From assembly GCA_051942205.1 (NCBI GenBank), contig JAVECO010000115.1, positions 55,740 to 75,739 on the forward strand: a stretch of DNA of 20,000 nt. Reading direction: 5' to 3'. The notes beneath the pieces were generated by a model. The model had not been told where the DNA came from. It did no database searches and saw only the letters and a program-made list of their open reading frames with translations. Positions 18,524 to 20,000 of the stretch are shown here, piece after piece. The stretch comes from Coniocarpon cinnabarinum (taxonomy: Eukaryota). Position 1 is the first letter of the stretch; every line of letters begins with the position of its first letter. The position numbers were made by a program, and so were the translations under genes.

Positions 18524-19138
18524 CAGTTTGAAATTTAACGACTGTACATGTACTGGCGTCTTTTGTTTAAGCTTCTGAGAGATATCTATGTGCCTGATAA
18601 GACTTCCGTGATGTGACACTGTTCCTTTTTGAAGTACAATGGGCAGTACCAAGAAAAGAAAATCCCGATACTTGTGCGTCTGTTGTCGCCTTACACACGC
18701 AGTGATGCGGTGCTTCTGTATCGATGGAGTCACGTGCCGGAAAAGTGCCTTCAAGGAGATAAGCTGCACTTTCTCGGGAGTACAGACGTTTTCTCCGCTC
18801 TGCTGGCTATAACGGACTTCGCGTGCACAACTAGCTCCAGCACGCAGGTAAGACGGGCCGTAGGAGAGGAACCCCGCCGAAGGGCCGGCCCCACAGCTGG
18901 AGCTGCCAAACTGTGAACCATTCTTATAGGCCGAAGCCTCTAGTGCTTAAGCGGTACATAAGAGCGCCGCGACCACGCCATTTCATGTCGTTTCAACATA
19001 CCGGAGATCAAGAAAAGTGCTCATTCGAAAGAAAGACTTTGAGTTCTGTGGCGGTCAAGCATATTTCAACAGGAAGCAAAATCTCAAGAAAAAAGAGCCA
19101 TATCGGTGCGATCCAGCAGTGCTTGTGATAGCAGAAAC

Positions 19139-19991
19139 ATGTCTCAATCACTACAAGGCAAAGTTGCGCTCATCACGGGTGGCAGTAAGGTAAGTCGAAT
19201 ACTCTGAATCACGAGGGTACCATCCATCACCCGTACAACTATCTCACAAGGCAATCCGTATCGCACAATTGCTAACAACACAGGGCATCGGCGCCTCCAT
19301 CGCCCGCCTCTTCAGCGCCCACGGCGCCCTCATCGCCCTCAACTACTCCACCGACAGCACCACCGCCAACGACCTCGTCACCTCCCTCGGCGGCCCCACC
19401 AAAGCCCTCGCCATCCAAGCCGACGCCGGCAGCCTGTCCGGCATCGACAAAATGATCGACGCCACGATCCAAAAATTCACCCGCATCGACATCCTCATCC
19501 CCAATGCCGGCGTTCTCCCCATGAAAGACCTCATGGCCACCACTGAAGACGACTTCGACCGCACCTACGCCCTCAACGTCAAGGGCCCGTACTTCCTCGC
19601 GCAGAAAGCAGTCCCCCACATGCCGACTGATGGAAGCGGTCGCGTCATCTTCGTGAGCACCAGTTTGTGCATCAACACGATGGTGCCGCCGCCGTATCTG
19701 CTGTATAACTCGACGAAGGGCGCGATCGAGCAGATGACGCGCGTCATGGCCAAGGAGCTGGCGGCGAAGTTTCGAATCAGAGTCAATGCGGTGGCGCCGG
19801 GGCCGACTGCTACGGATCTGTTCCTCAGGGGCAAGAGTGAGGAGCAGTTGAAGATGATGAGGGGGTGGAGTCCGTTTGGGAAGTTGGGGGAGCCGGATGA
19901 GGTCGCGGAGGCGTTTTTGTATTTTGCGGGGGAGCATTCGAAGTGGACGGGGGGTCAGGTGTTGTATGTGAATGGGGCGGCGATGGTGTAG
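19139..19991 (+). CDS. Classical short-chain dehydrogenase/reductase (FabG-like), 252 aa. Exons 19139-19189, 19284-19991
   Basis: MSQSLQGKVALITGGSK|GIG (TGxxxGxG) is split by intron 19190-19283 (GTAAGT...GCTAAC...CAG). Contains NAG, catalytic YNSTK (YxxxK), IRVNAVAPG and C-terminal WTGGQVLYVNG. Confidence 0.95.
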
Positions 19992-20000
19992 GGTTGATTC

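Noticed and set aside
19272..19937. 221-aa antisense ORF over the SDR
   Set aside because: A shadow ORF caused by strong codon bias on the coding strand, which is common for GC-rich SDR genes.
1..20000. Functional gene cluster linking the nickel transporter, DAS-like transketolase and SDR
   Set aside because: The genes are separated by unrelated housekeeping and regulatory genes, and no shared pathway or motif is evident.

Overview
Eukaryotic, intron-containing DNA from a filamentous ascomycete (GT-AG introns of 54-233 nt, mostly with CTRAC-type branch points). I can support eight protein-coding genes. In order: the 5' part of a NiCoT high-affinity nickel transporter (minus strand, with an 11-nt micro-exon); a Pro/Gln-rich protein with an AT-hook-like motif; a Trp-rich orphan gene; a dihydroxyacetone-synthase-type transketolase (minus strand); an Apq12-like nuclear-envelope protein; an Rpn4-like C2H2 transcription factor; a Ser/Thr-rich single-pass membrane protein; and a classical short-chain dehydrogenase/reductase. 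The most unusual structure is a three-copy ~175-bp tandem array (7348-7875). Its third copy supplies the last 14 codons and stop of the transketolase, and the two extra copies keep that reading frame and stop. Region ~3.6-6.3 kb looks like accessory or decayed sequence. I saw no tRNA, rRNA, CRISPR array or recognisable transposon. All family calls come from motif recognition, not database searches.
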